From: Myxococcota bacterium
GTDB taxonomy: Bacteria; Myxococcota_A; SURF-8; G963663525
DNA length: 64,000 nucleotides
Direction of reading: 5' to 3'
NCBI GenBank assembly: GCA_963676915.2
Contig: CAXXVK010000013.1
Coordinates: forward strand, 46,584 to 110,583
The position numbers and the translations under genes are program-made. Of this stretch, positions 29,592 through 40,416 are shown piece by piece (the stretch's first letter is position 1; each line of letters opens with the position of its first letter). The notes below the pieces were generated by a model, which was not told where the DNA came from, made no database searches, and saw only the letters and a list, made by a program, of their open reading frames with translations.

Positions 29592-31352
29592 ATGATGGCG
29601 TCACGCTTTTTCACCAGTTTTGCCGTTCTTGTGTTTCTCTCGTTTGTACTTGCCGGTTGCGGGGGTGATGATGAAGAAACCACCACAAATCTCTGCGAGA
29701 ACGTAGATTGCTACGACAACGCCACTTGCGACACAACAGACGGCTCCTGTGTCTGTGATGACGGATATGAGAACTGGGTGGATGGCACGGGCTGCACTGA
29801 AATCGTCACGGATCTTTGCGAAAACGTAGATTGCTACGCCAACGCCACTTGCAACACAACAGACGGCTCCTGCGTCTGTGAGGTTGGCTACGAAAACTGG
29901 GTGGACGGCACCGGCTGCTCGGAAATCGTGACGGATCTCTGCGAAAACGTAGACTGCTACGACAACGCCACTTGCGACACAACGGACGGCTCCTGCGTCT
30001 GTGATGACGGATATGAGAACTGGGTGGATGGCGCGGGCTGCACTGAAATCGTGACGGATCTCTGCGAAAACGTAGACTGCTACGACAACGCCACTTGCGA
30101 CACAACAGACGGCTCCTGTGTCTGTGATGACGGATATGAGAACTGGGTGGATGGCGCGGGCTGCACTGAAATCGTCACGGATCTTTGCGAAAACGTAGAT
30201 TGTTACGCCAACGCCACTTGCGACACAACGGATGGCTCCTGCGTTTGTGATGACGGTTACGAAAACTGGGTGGACGGCACGGGCTGTACCGCGATTGAAG
30301 ACCTGGAAGTCATTGGGGAATTTATCGATGATTGGGATACCCGTCATACTGTCGCCAATGATCTGTGGACGATGGGCGAGGGCGACGGCGCGAGCTTGTT
30401 CCACATTTCGCAGTATGACAACGACGCGATGTGGTTGGTAGCACAGAATGACTCGAACAATGCCTGGAGTGCGGACCTTTGGAGTCGCTTCGACTGGACG
30501 TGGTACGAAGGTGAGTTGTGGTACTGCCAGACGGCTTATGGTGCGGCTACGGAAACGGATGCTGTTGCGACGGCGGCTGCGGATGCAACGGACCCTGCGA
30601 CGACGGGTTGTGGAAACTACCCTTGGACGAAGTTGATGCCTTGGCCTGTGCTGGCGTTGGTGGGCGAGTACATCGACAACTGGGATACCCGCAACACGGT
30701 GGAATACAATGCGTGGACGATGGGCGAGGGTGACGGCGCGAGCTTGTTCCACATTTCGCAGTATGACAACGACGCGATGTGGTTGGTAGCACAGAATGAC
30801 TCGAACAATGCCTGGAGTGCGGACCTTTGGAGTCGCTTCGACTGGACGTGGTACGAAGGTGAGTTGTGGTACTGCCAGACGGCTTATGGTGCGGCTACGG
30901 AAACGGATGCTGTTGCGACGGCGGCTGCGGATGCAACGGACCCTGCGACGACAGGTTGTGGAAACTACCCTTGGACGAAGTTGATGCCTTGGCCTGTGCT
31001 GGCGATTGTGGGAGACTACACAGACAACTATGGATATGCTCATTCCATCACCTACGACACGTGGACGATGGCCATGGGTGCCACACCGAGCAATTTTGAT
31101 ATCACGCAGTACGACAATGAAGAAATGTGGGCGGTGGCACAGAATTACGCCGACAATCCTTGGAGTGCAGGACTTTGGAGCCGTTTCGACTGGACGTGGC
31201 ACGAAGGCGAGTTGTGGTACTGCCAGACGAACTATGGAGCGGCGACGGAAGCCGATGCTTTGGCGACAGCGCCGGCGGATGCTACGGACCCCACCACAAC
31301 GGGGTGTGGTGGGGCCTATCCTTGGTCGAAACTTACTGAAATGGAAGACTAA
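29592..31352 (+). CDS. B12-riboswitch-controlled lipoprotein: 5 EGF-like repeats + 3 Trp-rich domains
   Basis: GAGGAGG RBS; lipobox LAGC; repeat architecture visible in DNA and protein. Confidence 0.9.
   Translation: MMASRFFTSFAVLVFLSFVLAGCGGDDEETTTNLCENVDCYDNATCDTTDGSCVCDDGYENWVDGTGCTEIVTDLCENVDCYANATCNTTDGSCVCEVGYENWVDGTGCSEIVTDLCENVDCYDNATCDTTDGSCVCDDGYENWVDGAGCTEIVTDLCENVDCYDNATCDTTDGSCVCDDGYENWVDGAGCTEIVTDLCENVDCYANATCDTTDGSCVCDDGYENWVDGTGCTAIEDLEVIGEFIDDWDTRHTVANDLWTMGEGDGASLFHISQYDNDAMWLVAQNDSNNAWSADLWSRFDWTWYEGELWYCQTAYGAATETDAVATAAADATDPATTGCGNYPWTKLMPWPVLALVGEYIDNWDTRNTVEYNAWTMGEGDGASLFHISQYDNDAMWLVAQNDSNNAWSADLWSRFDWTWYEGELWYCQTAYGAATETDAVATAAADATDPATTGCGNYPWTKLMPWPVLAIVGDYTDNYGYAHSITYDTWTMAMGATPSNFDITQYDNEEMWAVAQNYADNPWSAGLWSRFDWTWHEGELWYCQTNYGAATEADALATAPADATDPTTTGCGGAYPWSKLTEMED
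29691..30290 (+). repeat. Five tandem 123-bp (41-aa) EGF-like repeats
   Basis: LCENVDCYxNATCxTTDGSCVCxxGYENWVDGxGC starting at 29691, 29814, 29937, 30060, 30183. Confidence 0.95.
30308..31345 (+). repeat. Three tandem ~348-bp (116-aa) Trp-rich domain repeats
   Basis: WSRFDWTW..GELWYCQT.YGAATE...GCG.YPW three times; copies 1 and 2 offset by 348 bp. Confidence 0.95.
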
Positions 31353-31393
31353 ACAGACCTGATATTCGATGGCACGCTTACCCATCGACCCTT

Positions 31394-31438
31394 GATCCCC
31401 CGTAATCTATGACGCAGGTTGCGGGGGATCCTTTTTTT
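31394..31438 (+). terminator. Rho-independent terminator
   Basis: GATCCCCCGTAATCT / AGGTTGCGGGGGATC + T-run. Confidence 0.85.
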
Positions 31439-31451
31439 ATCGGAAATCGAA

Positions 31452-32072
31452 TTATGTGGGGAATTTTTCGTTGGTCCAGGACTCTGGAATGGGCCACATG
31501 TTGTGGTTTCTCAGTCGGTAGGCGAAATCCCGAATCAGTGTACCCAGGGCTTCTTGATCGGTATCGACGTTTTCGAAATACATCAACGCCGCCGCTTCGA
31601 GAAACTGAAGACTATCGAGTCTTTGAACCGGGCTACTGAAACGCTTTTCCGAGATTTCCCATAAATTCCGGCCTTCTTTGGATGTTACGACGTTGGCCAG
31701 CAAATCCACTTGGTCTTCAACCGAGACGAAAAGTTTCAATTTGGTTTCGACATACCAGCGCACGAAAGCCGAGTCGTATCGGTCGTCGATCAGGTAGCGG
31801 GTCAGTCGTTTCCTGCCGATACCGAAATCGTCGTCATTTTCGGAAAGCATCACCCGGAAGTAATGCCTCATCGTTACCGGAAGGTTCCGAAAGTGATGGT
31901 TTTCCTGTTGGGCTTCGACCATGGCGGCAAGATCGTCGATACCCCGAAAACTCGTTGCTCCCAAAGTCTGCGCCTTGACTACCATCACCAGAACGACGAG
32001 CAGGCATACCGCCCATAACTGAACGTACCACAGCGTGGAATGCTTTTTAGCTGGCGATTGTGAATCCATCAA
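31452..32072 (-). CDS. Membrane-anchored protein, possible degenerate transglycosylase (GT51-like) fold
   Basis: N-terminal TM; helix pattern loosely like GT51, canonical motifs missing; ATGA overlap with upstream gene. Confidence 0.5.
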   Translation of the reverse strand: MMDSQSPAKKHSTLWYVQLWAVCLLVVLVMVVKAQTLGATSFRGIDDLAAMVEAQQENHHFRNLPVTMRHYFRVMLSENDDDFGIGRKRLTRYLIDDRYDSAFVRWYVETKLKLFVSVEDQVDLLANVVTSKEGRNLWEISEKRFSSPVQRLDSLQFLEAAALMYFENVDTDQEALGTLIRDFAYRLRNHNMWPIPESWTNEKFPT

Positions 32073-34127
32073 TTCAATGCAAGGGGCTGGAAGTCGATAT
32101 AATCATCGCCTTCGGTGATTTTCAAATGGAAGTTTGCCGGAACGTCGTGCCAGGTTTGTACGGTAAGGTCCGAATTCGGCCAGCGAACCTCCAACTCATC
32201 GATAGTGCAGTTCGTTCCCAACCCCACTGTCAGGCTCAATTCTTTCATGATCCCCATATGACCGTATCCGGCTTCCACCCATTCGGTCTGGGTCCGGTCG
32301 CCGGTGGTGACTTTCACCCGAGCACCGATGGCGCTGCGGTTGGCGAAACCTTCGCCTTTGCCTTCGAGGGTGATACGTACCGCATTGGATTTATTACCGA
32401 CATCGTTACGATAGATATGCACTTCCGGGGTGCTCCAAGGTCCGCCACGCATCGTGCTGGAACCCACGACGAGGTCCAGGTCGCCGTCCCGGTCGAAATC
32501 CGCCGCCGAAACTCCTACGGCACGTTCGTGCATGGTTCCACTCTGTGAGGCGATATCACTGAAAATTCCATCGTCGGTTTGCCGGAAGAGCAGGCCGTAG
32601 GTGTAATCGTAATCGCTGCTTCCGATATACAGGTCGGGATAGCCGTCGAGGTCGAAGTCCCAGCGCATCGCCGAGATGTCGCCTTCATTCCATCCGCCGG
32701 GGATATCGTGATCTCGTGTCAGACCAGTGGCTTCCCGGCCGGGGCGTTCGAAGACAACGTCATCACCACTGGAGGCGTTAACCAGCAGTTGAGAGGGATC
32801 GGAAGAACCTCCAGCCCACCAGTGAGCGATTTCGGCATTGAAAAGGTCGGGCAGACCATCGCCGGTCCAGTCGCCGCAGACCGTCGAAAACGTGTTGCCC
32901 CCGAGACGCCAGGGTGTTTCCTCGCTTGAAGACCAGTAGGCAGATGGGCAGCTTATCGACGGAGAGTCCGGAACGGGAGTGCAGTTATTCGTTTGCTGAC
33001 AATAACATAGATAATATTGGTTGTCGGTGAAATCCTCGTTGTCGTCGCTGGCGAAATTCGAGCTGAGGGTTTCGTTGTTGTAAATGTTGTCCCGCCAGAC
33101 GTACAATTCGTTGAAAGCTCGTCCGTAGCTGCTGCCAATGAGGTCGGGCGTGCCGTCGTCGTTGACGTCGCAGACCGAAACGCCGTAGGAGGTTCTGTGG
33201 CTGTTGGCGTTGGCGACATCCGTTGCAGAAGTATAAACGCCATAGGAAGCCGTTACGTCTTCGAAAGCTCCACCACCCAACCCACGATAAAGCCGGTTGG
33301 GGAGATTCACTCCCGAGCCGTAATACGTAGAGAAAAAGCCCACCCAAAGGTCTATAAGGCCGTCGCGGTCGAAATCGAGGAACGAGGCTCCCACGGTGGT
33401 CCAGGGTTCTTCGGTCGTCGTATCGGAAGGTTCGGCAGCGCGAAGTTCCCTTCGCCATCCCCAAGCAGGATTTCCGAGCGGTCACCCGTGTCAGCAGGGT
33501 CAGCTGTGGGATTGTTGTCGGGATGTCTGCCGGAAAAGGCGTCGATCGTGCCGTTGTTGTCGATATCGGCGAATACGGCAAGCTGGCACGCGCGGCCATC
33601 GCCGCCACCTCGGATTGCCGTAAATCCCGAATCTTCGGTAACATCGACGAATTCTCGTGCCTTTGAATCGTCTTCTCGGGGGCGATTGAGCAGAATCCTT
33701 TTGTAGAATTTAGGCGGGTCGGCGTCGAAATCGTCCCGGTAGTTGTTGTTGGTCTTATGGACGACGAGGTCGGGGTAGTCGTCGCCATCGATGTCTATCG
33801 TGCCGATTCGTTGCCATCGACGGCCAATCCGTCACGACCGATTCCGTAGTTGTCTGTTACCAATGTGAAATACGGGCCTTGACCCAGGGTGTAACCGTCC
33901 TTGCATTCTCCTTCGGGGAAGATTTGCGGGGGACGCTCCGTTTCCTGGTTATCATCCGAGGATTCGTCCAAGATTTCTTGGTCCATATCTCCAGGCTCGT
34001 TGTCTGTAACGTCCGAATCGGAATCGGCTGGAGTCGTATCGGAACCGGAGTCTTCACCGCATCCCCAAACCAAGGAAGCGAAGAGCGCGAATAAAGTGAC
34101 GAGAATGAAGTATTTTTTAGTCGTCAA
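32069..34127 (-). pseudogene. CRTAC1-like lipoprotein (FG-GAP/VCBS + ASPIC/UnbV) split by two 1-bp deletions; may be intact in vivo
   Basis: Lipobox VWGC; DxDxDG repeats continue across frame changes at ~33810 and ~33436; NRSAIGARV, LEVRWP; +2 nt gives 686 aa. Confidence 0.85.
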
Positions 34128-34251
34128 GATCTTCTCCTTCGAAAACCGGAAATTTGCACGCCAAACGCTTGGATTTTAAACGGAAATGCTCGCGTATGCA
34201 ACAAACGGAGGATCTTGGCGTAACCTTTTGGGTTTTGACTTGTCTTTTTCT

Positions 34252-34286
34252 AAAAAAAGAGTCCTTTGGCCGAAACCAAAGGACTC
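34252..34286 (-). terminator. Rho-independent terminator
   Basis: GAGTCCTTTGG/CCAAAGGACTC + T7 on the minus strand. Confidence 0.85.
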
Positions 34287-34323
34287 GTAAAGATTCTAGG
34301 AGATTGCATTCAAACGTTGAGGA

Positions 34324-37300
34324 TCAGTCGCCTTCCGAAGGAACATACCCGTTGTCCGCTTTACGCATGGGGAAGCGTGTAACGATGTCCGCCGGGATCG
34401 GCAGGATCGTGCGTTTTCCGGGTTCTGTCTCGCCGGGTTTCATCGAGCCTTTCGCTTCCGGTACGATGGCAATCGGACTTTCTTTGGCAAAGCGTGAAAG
34501 TACGTAGGCTTGACCCTACCTGGAAACGTCGGGGATCGTAAGCGCAACTCGTAACCACACCGATTACGGTGCCGTTTTTCGCCACAACCGTATCTCCCGG
34601 GTGCAAAGGTTTTTCGCCGGTTCGATCCACGAGGAAACGGACGACTTCCATCGTGCGTTTTTCGTCTTCGTTGATGAATGCACGACGGCCGATGAAAAAC
34701 GGCTTGTGCAGTTTCACATACGAGGGAAATCCTGCTCCGGCGGGGGAGATCTGCTGAGGACCGTTCAGTTCGTGCCCGTACAATGGTAAACCGGCCTCGG
34801 TGCGTAAGGAATCGCGTGCTCCCAAACCGCAGGCAGCGACGCCCAGAGGTTCGCCGACTTCGAGGAATTTTTCCCAGAGCATGACAAGTTTTTCGGGATG
34901 CACGAGAATTTCGTAGCCGATGCTTTCTCCCGAATAGCCGGTGCGTGCCACGACCGTATCCGCACCTTGCAGCATGACTCGGGTCAGGTGGGTTCGTGGC
35001 AGGATTTCCAAAGCGCGGGCCTGTTTGGGATCGTCGCAAAGCTGCATCAGCACCGGCAGGGACGCCTTTCCTTGGAAGGCGAGATCCACGCGGCGGTCGT
35101 CACCCCATTGCGGATCTTTCAGGTTGCGCAGATCCACTTCTTTCAAGCGTCTACGCGCCGGGATTTCATCGTCGATTTTGACAAGATTCCGGTTCACGGC
35201 CTGGAGCCACGACCAGTCTTCGTCCTCGTTGGAAGCGTTGACCACCATCAGGTAGTCTTCGTCTCCCACATGGTAGATCATCACGTCGTCGATAACCTGT
35301 CCCTTGGGGTCGAGCAGGTAGGAGTAGAAAGACTGTCCGATGGGGAACCAGCGGACGTAATTGCTGGTGACCAGATCAAGGAAATCCGTTGCGCCCGGTC
35401 CTCGAATACCGAATACACCCATGTGCGCCACGTCGAACAGTCCGGCGGTGTTGCGAACGACCTGATGTTCTTCCAGAATCGACGTGTACCAGACCGGCAT
35501 ATCCCAACCCGCGAAGGGAATGATTTTTTTGGAGTGCTGCTTGTGCCAGTCGTACAGCGGAGTTTTCTTGGGTTCTTCTTCCTCGGCCAGCCAGACGAAT
35601 TCAGGCAGGGATTTTTGTGCTTCGGGAGTGTCTTTCAAGCGAAGCTGACCCACGAAATATGGTTTGTAAATCGCGAAAGCTTCCGAATCTTTCTCGTAGA
35701 TTTCCGCGATATCAAGCACGGGCCGTTCTTCGGCATCCCAGACCGGCCAGCCCCAGTTTTGTCGTAAACCATTGCACGTTTTGGGACAATCGAACACGAA
35801 ACCTTGCACCAAAAGCTTTTCTCCCACGACTTTTCGTGCCGTTTCGGGCAATGCTGCAACATTCCAGTTGCCATTGACGGAAAGCACGACGGATTCTTCG
35901 TCAAGTCCTTCCAAGGCTTTCGTCAGACTCGTTTCGGCATTTTCCCCGGCAACGAGGAACAGCGACACTTTCTCGTCACCGAACATCGCGAAATCATCGA
36001 AGTTTTCGACGACCACCGGACCTTCCACTTTCATACGAATGTCATTGGGTTCGAACAGCAAATAGCCGTCGGCATGTCCGCGCAGCCATTCGGTGACCTG
36101 TGGAACGTTGGGTGGATTGGAAAACAGGTAGAATCCGTTGTCGCGTTTGTCGTTGCGTTCTGCGATGCGCTGGACCAACACGTCATCGACAAGCTTACCG
36201 TGATTGTCGAACATGTAGGTTCGCAACGTTTCGCCGGGAAGCAAACGGCTGAGATCGGCGGAAACGAGGTTGGAAAGATAGGCTTCCACTCGCGGACCGG
36301 TCAGACGGAACAAGCATTGTGGGGGGAGTTCGTGAACCACGGCCTTTGCTTTGTCCTCGACGTTTTTCTTGCAACCGCAACGGACGGGAGTGGAGAAATG
36401 ATAGTGCGGGTAGCCGTTGGGGGCGTCGCTTTCCCCGTCTAGAGAAGATGCCAATTCGGCAGTGCGATCTTTGAGTTCCTCCAGGGTTTTCCAGTCGATT
36501 TTTCCACGAGGAAGCGTGCCGGTCAGACCATCGTAATGGAACGGCTCGATGGCCTTGAGCGTACTGGCGATGATCGAGGCCAACTCTTTGATGCCTTCCT
36601 CGGTGATGCCTCTTTGGGTGATCCACGGAGTTCCCAGTCGTACGCCGGTAGCCAGGGCGGTTACATCGTCGCCTGGAAGTGTGTTTTTGTTGGCTACCAC
36701 TCCGACCATTTCCAGCATTCTCACGGCGATTTCACCCAAAAGACGTTCTTTACGGGCGTTGCGGATCGTCTTGAGATCGATCAGCATCAGGTGGGTGTCG
36801 GTGCCACCATAGGCTAGCGTAAGTTCTTCGTTTTTCAACGAATCCGCCAGCAGAGCCGCATTGCTGACGATGTTTTGTTGCAATGTGCGATAGGCCGGAG
36901 TCTTGGCGATTTCCAGCACGGCGGCGATACCGGCGATATTGTTGATATGCGGTCCTCCCTGCTGGCCGGGGAACACAGCCGAATCGATAGCCTGCGCCTT
37001 GTCTTCATCGGTGGTGAGGATTACTGCGCCACGCGGACCCATCAACGTTTTATGGGTGGTGAATACGGTAACGTCTGCATAACCGACAGGCGACGGATAC
37101 GCACCACCAGCCACCATTCCAGCCGGGTGGGCGATGTCGGCCATCAGCACGGCACCTACTTCGTCGGCGATTTCCCGAAGTTTCGGCCAGTCCGGTGCGA
37201 AAGGATACGAAGTGTAACCACCGATAATCATTTTTGGTCGTGCTTCTTTGGCCAATTGAAGGATATCGTCGTAGTTCAGTCGACCGGTTTTGCGGTCGAT

Positions 37301-37867
37301 TCCATAGGACACGATTCGGTGCTGTTTTCCGGTGGAGTGGAATTGGCTACCGTGGCTGAGGTGTCCACCCTGCATCAAGTCCATTCCCATCACGGTTTCA
37401 CCGGGACGAACGAACGCATCGTAGATAGCCAGATTGGCGGCAGCGCCGGAAAGCGCTTGAACGTTGGCGAAAATCTCATCTGCCGGAACGGCTTCGTTAG
37501 CAAAAGCTTCGGCGGCTCGTCTGCGGGCCAGTGCCTCGACGAGGTTGATGTAATCCGTTCCTTTGTAGAAACGGCGGTCGGAATATCGCCGATACCCGAT
37601 AATCTGCATCGGCAAGTCGGCCAGTTCGTCTTCGTTCTGGTGCGTGGTAAACGAAGGCGGGTAGCCTTCGGCATATAAATTGGTCCACGGCGAATCCAGC
37701 AGCCTTCGAGCGGCGGGAAGACAGATCGATTCGGAAGGGATCAAAATGATTCGACGTTGCTGGCGTTCTTCCTCTAAACGGGTCAATTGATTCAATATAG
37801 GATCGACCCGAGACAAATTACGTTGAAAAAGAGACTGGAGCGATTCCGAGGATTTACGTGTGGCCAT
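34324..37867 (-). CDS. glyA-gcvT: Serine hydroxymethyltransferase fused to glycine-cleavage T protein (one apparent 1-bp insertion near 34515)
   Basis: YAEGYP, GGHLSHG, TTHKTL, GGTDTHL; then PFAGWDMP, FDVAHMG, ARTGYSGE, GLGARDSLRTEAG. Removing one G restores QVGQAYV...VTRFP and 1180 aa. Confidence 0.93.
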
Positions 37868-38039
37868 TAAAAAACTCCTTCTAGGGGACATGTTTGGAAA
37901 CAACAAATTTGGCAAACCAAACAGATAGCACCTAACATACTATGGGACGAATATCAATCGAGACGATTCAAATTCACGATAGAAAATCGTCTCGACTGAG
38001 ATTCCTGTTTCGAATGGGAGATTCGAGGACGAATCAAGG

Positions 38040-39317
38040 TTAGAATTTGCGGCCTGCAAGGTCTTCGATTTCAAGATGGTGTAGCAGCCACCGCCAGGCA
38101 TCTTGTCGGGTACGGACCCAGCCGTCCCATTGGGCTTTTCGTAATTTTTTCAACAAATATTTCAGTTCAGCTGAAGAAATCGTTACCCCGCGAGAGCGGA
38201 TTTCCTGTGGAGATAACAGCCGTGGCGGTGCTCCTCCGTTCAACGCTTCGTGCAATCGACCGATTCGGAGCCAGTCGCCGACGGGGTAGCCGTGTATGCG
38301 TCGTCGGGCGTATTCGATAGCCCAGGCATCGCGGAACCCTTGCTGGAGATGCACTCGGGAGCGCTCGTTGAAAGTCAGAGAGTTCCAATGGGACATTTTC
38401 AGCGACAGACGAACGAGGCGTTCCAGATCCGTTTTTTCTCGCATGGTTAAGTGAAGTCGCTGACCCGTCCACGCCAGATCTTTGTCGGTATAGAAGCCAC
38501 TGGAAAGATGAAGCCATGCCAGCATGGAAATCATTCCGGGGCGCAGGCGCTCCATTCCGCTAAGGACGGCAGGGGAAGTCATCGAGGCGATTGGCGACCG
38601 TGACCCCATCAGAGTTCGCCAGATTCCCGAAACCTGAAGAAGCATCAACGAGCGTTTCGATACCCGATACTGGAAATGCTTTTTTACTTCTTCGTGAATG
38701 CGCTCGATGGCGACGTCCAGAATAAGATTCGAATGCCTGCGCATCGCCAGCCAGGTCCGAGGTTCGATTTTCCAACCGAATTGCACTGCGAAACGAATGC
38801 CTCGCATGATTCGAAGAGGATCTTCCTTGAATCGGATGTTCGGATCGCACAGGGAACGAATGATGCCGTTGCGGATATCCCGAATGCCTCCGACATCATC
38901 GATGACTTTTTGTCGGGCGGGATCGTAATAAAGGGCGTTGCAGGTGAAATCCCTACGGAAGGCGTCTTCTTGACGGGTTCCATAGACCATTCCCTTGGCG
39001 ACCTGCTCTTTGCCGTCTACGAAACCTTTGGCTTTGCCTTTCAGATTGTCGGCACGGAATGTGGAAACTTCGACGTAAGAGGGTCCGCCGAACACCAACA
39101 CCACACCGAAGATTTTCCCCACCAGTCGAGTGCGTCGGAAAAGAGCACTGATCTGGTCGGGTGTAGCGCTGGTAACCACATCCACGTCATGGGCTTCTCG
39201 TCCCAACAGCAGATCGCGTACCCATCCGCCGCAAAAATAGGCTTCGTGACCGACGGAAGTCAGATCGTTAACGATTCTTCGTGCCCAGGGATATTGTGAG
39301 GAAGGATGCTTCGCCAT
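38040..39317 (-). CDS. CCA tRNA nucleotidyltransferase / poly(A) polymerase family
   Basis: GGWVRDLLLG..HDVDV, EVSTFR, RRDFT, EDPLR, ERIHEE; lacks the GRRF poly(A) polymerase signature. Confidence 0.92.
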   Translation of the reverse strand: MAKHPSSQYPWARRIVNDLTSVGHEAYFCGGWVRDLLLGREAHDVDVVTSATPDQISALFRRTRLVGKIFGVVLVFGGPSYVEVSTFRADNLKGKAKGFVDGKEQVAKGMVYGTRQEDAFRRDFTCNALYYDPARQKVIDDVGGIRDIRNGIIRSLCDPNIRFKEDPLRIMRGIRFAVQFGWKIEPRTWLAMRRHSNLILDVAIERIHEEVKKHFQYRVSKRSLMLLQVSGIWRTLMGSRSPIASMTSPAVLSGMERLRPGMISMLAWLHLSSGFYTDKDLAWTGQRLHLTMREKTDLERLVRLSLKMSHWNSLTFNERSRVHLQQGFRDAWAIEYARRRIHGYPVGDWLRIGRLHEALNGGAPPRLLSPQEIRSRGVTISSAELKYLLKKLRKAQWDGWVRTRQDAWRWLLHHLEIEDLAGRKF

Positions 39318-39540
39318 GTATGTAAAAACTCGTGTCTTTTCCTGTCGTTTCGCTTCAATCTCTTCAGCGGATCGATCCGTTGATCGTCGCTTTATGATTT
39401 CGGAGGGTCAGAAAACCGAAATCTTTAAAATTTCTCCATTCCGTGGCATTGACCGTAAAAATCTTGCCAGTGGCAGAGTTGATTTCATATATACTCTTTT
39501 GTCGTTGGAAGCAAACAAGCGCCAAAACAAAGGATAATCG

Positions 39541-40416
39541 ATGTTAAAAAGCCTGATTATTTCCATGCGTCCCAAGCAGATGGTGAAAAACGCCTTCATC
39601 TTCGGGCCGCTTGTCTTTTCCAACAATCTTTTTGAGTTACCGAAACTTGCCACTGCAGGTGCAGCATTCCTATCGTTTTGTTTTCTAGCCGGTGCTGTGT
39701 ATCTGCTTAACGATGTCGTGGATCTCAAACGGGATCGGGAACACCCGGTCAAGCGGCATCGTCCTATTGCCAGTGGCAAACTTCCTCCTGCCGTAGCTTT
39801 GGTGGCCTGCGCCTTTTTCGCTGTGGTATCTATTGCAGGTACATATCTACTGAATCCAGTTTTAACTGTGATTCTAATGATTTACTTGATCAATAACATC
39901 CTGTATTCGTTCCTTATCAAGCGATATGTTTTGCTCGATGTCGGTTCCATCGCATTCGGTTTCGTTCTTAGAGTACTGGCCGGAGCGGTCGCGATCCAGG
40001 TGGACCCGTCGCCATGGCTGATTATCTGCACGATGACGCTTGCTTGTTTCCTTGGATTTGCCAAACGCCGACACGAGCTGGTGCTTCTCGAAGACAACCG
40101 AGACAACCACCGCGCCGTGCTTAAAGAGTATTCGGCCCAGCTTCTCGATCAATTGCTGATGATCACCGCCGCTATGGCGATTATCACTTACGCCATCTAT
40201 ACGATTTCACCGGCAACGGTGAAGCATTTCGGGACCACGCATTTGATTTACACCGTTCCTTTTGTATTATATGGCGTTTTCCGCTATCTTTACCTGGTTC
40301 ACGTTCGTTCCGAAGGCGGCGATCCGGCCAAAGTGCTGTTGGGCGATATGCCGATGATTGTCAATATTCTGTTGTGGCTGGCAAGTTGCCTGCTTATTGT
40401 CGAGGGGGTCGTGTGA
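39541..40416 (+). CDS. UbiA-family polyprenyl-phosphate phosphoribosyltransferase-like protein
   Basis: RPKQMVKN, YLLNDVVD..RDREHPVKRHRPIASG, KRRHE. Confidence 0.92.
   Translation: MLKSLIISMRPKQMVKNAFIFGPLVFSNNLFELPKLATAGAAFLSFCFLAGAVYLLNDVVDLKRDREHPVKRHRPIASGKLPPAVALVACAFFAVVSIAGTYLLNPVLTVILMIYLINNILYSFLIKRYVLLDVGSIAFGFVLRVLAGAVAIQVDPSPWLIICTMTLACFLGFAKRRHELVLLEDNRDNHRAVLKEYSAQLLDQLLMITAAMAIITYAIYTISPATVKHFGTTHLIYTVPFVLYGVFRYLYLVHVRSEGGDPAKVLLGDMPMIVNILLWLASCLLIVEGVV

Noticed and set aside
29691-31003. Repeats as a CRISPR array or DGR template/variable pair
   Set aside because: In-frame coding repeats without spacers; differences are not adenine-specific; no cas or reverse transcriptase in the window.
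29601-31385. 594-aa minus-strand ORF
   Set aside because: Shadow of the repeat lipoprotein; promoter, riboswitch, RBS and terminator all support the plus strand.
37955-38000. Hairpin upstream of glyA-gcvT as a glycine or ZTP riboswitch
   Set aside because: A simple TCGAGACGATT inverted repeat without the conserved aptamer motifs.
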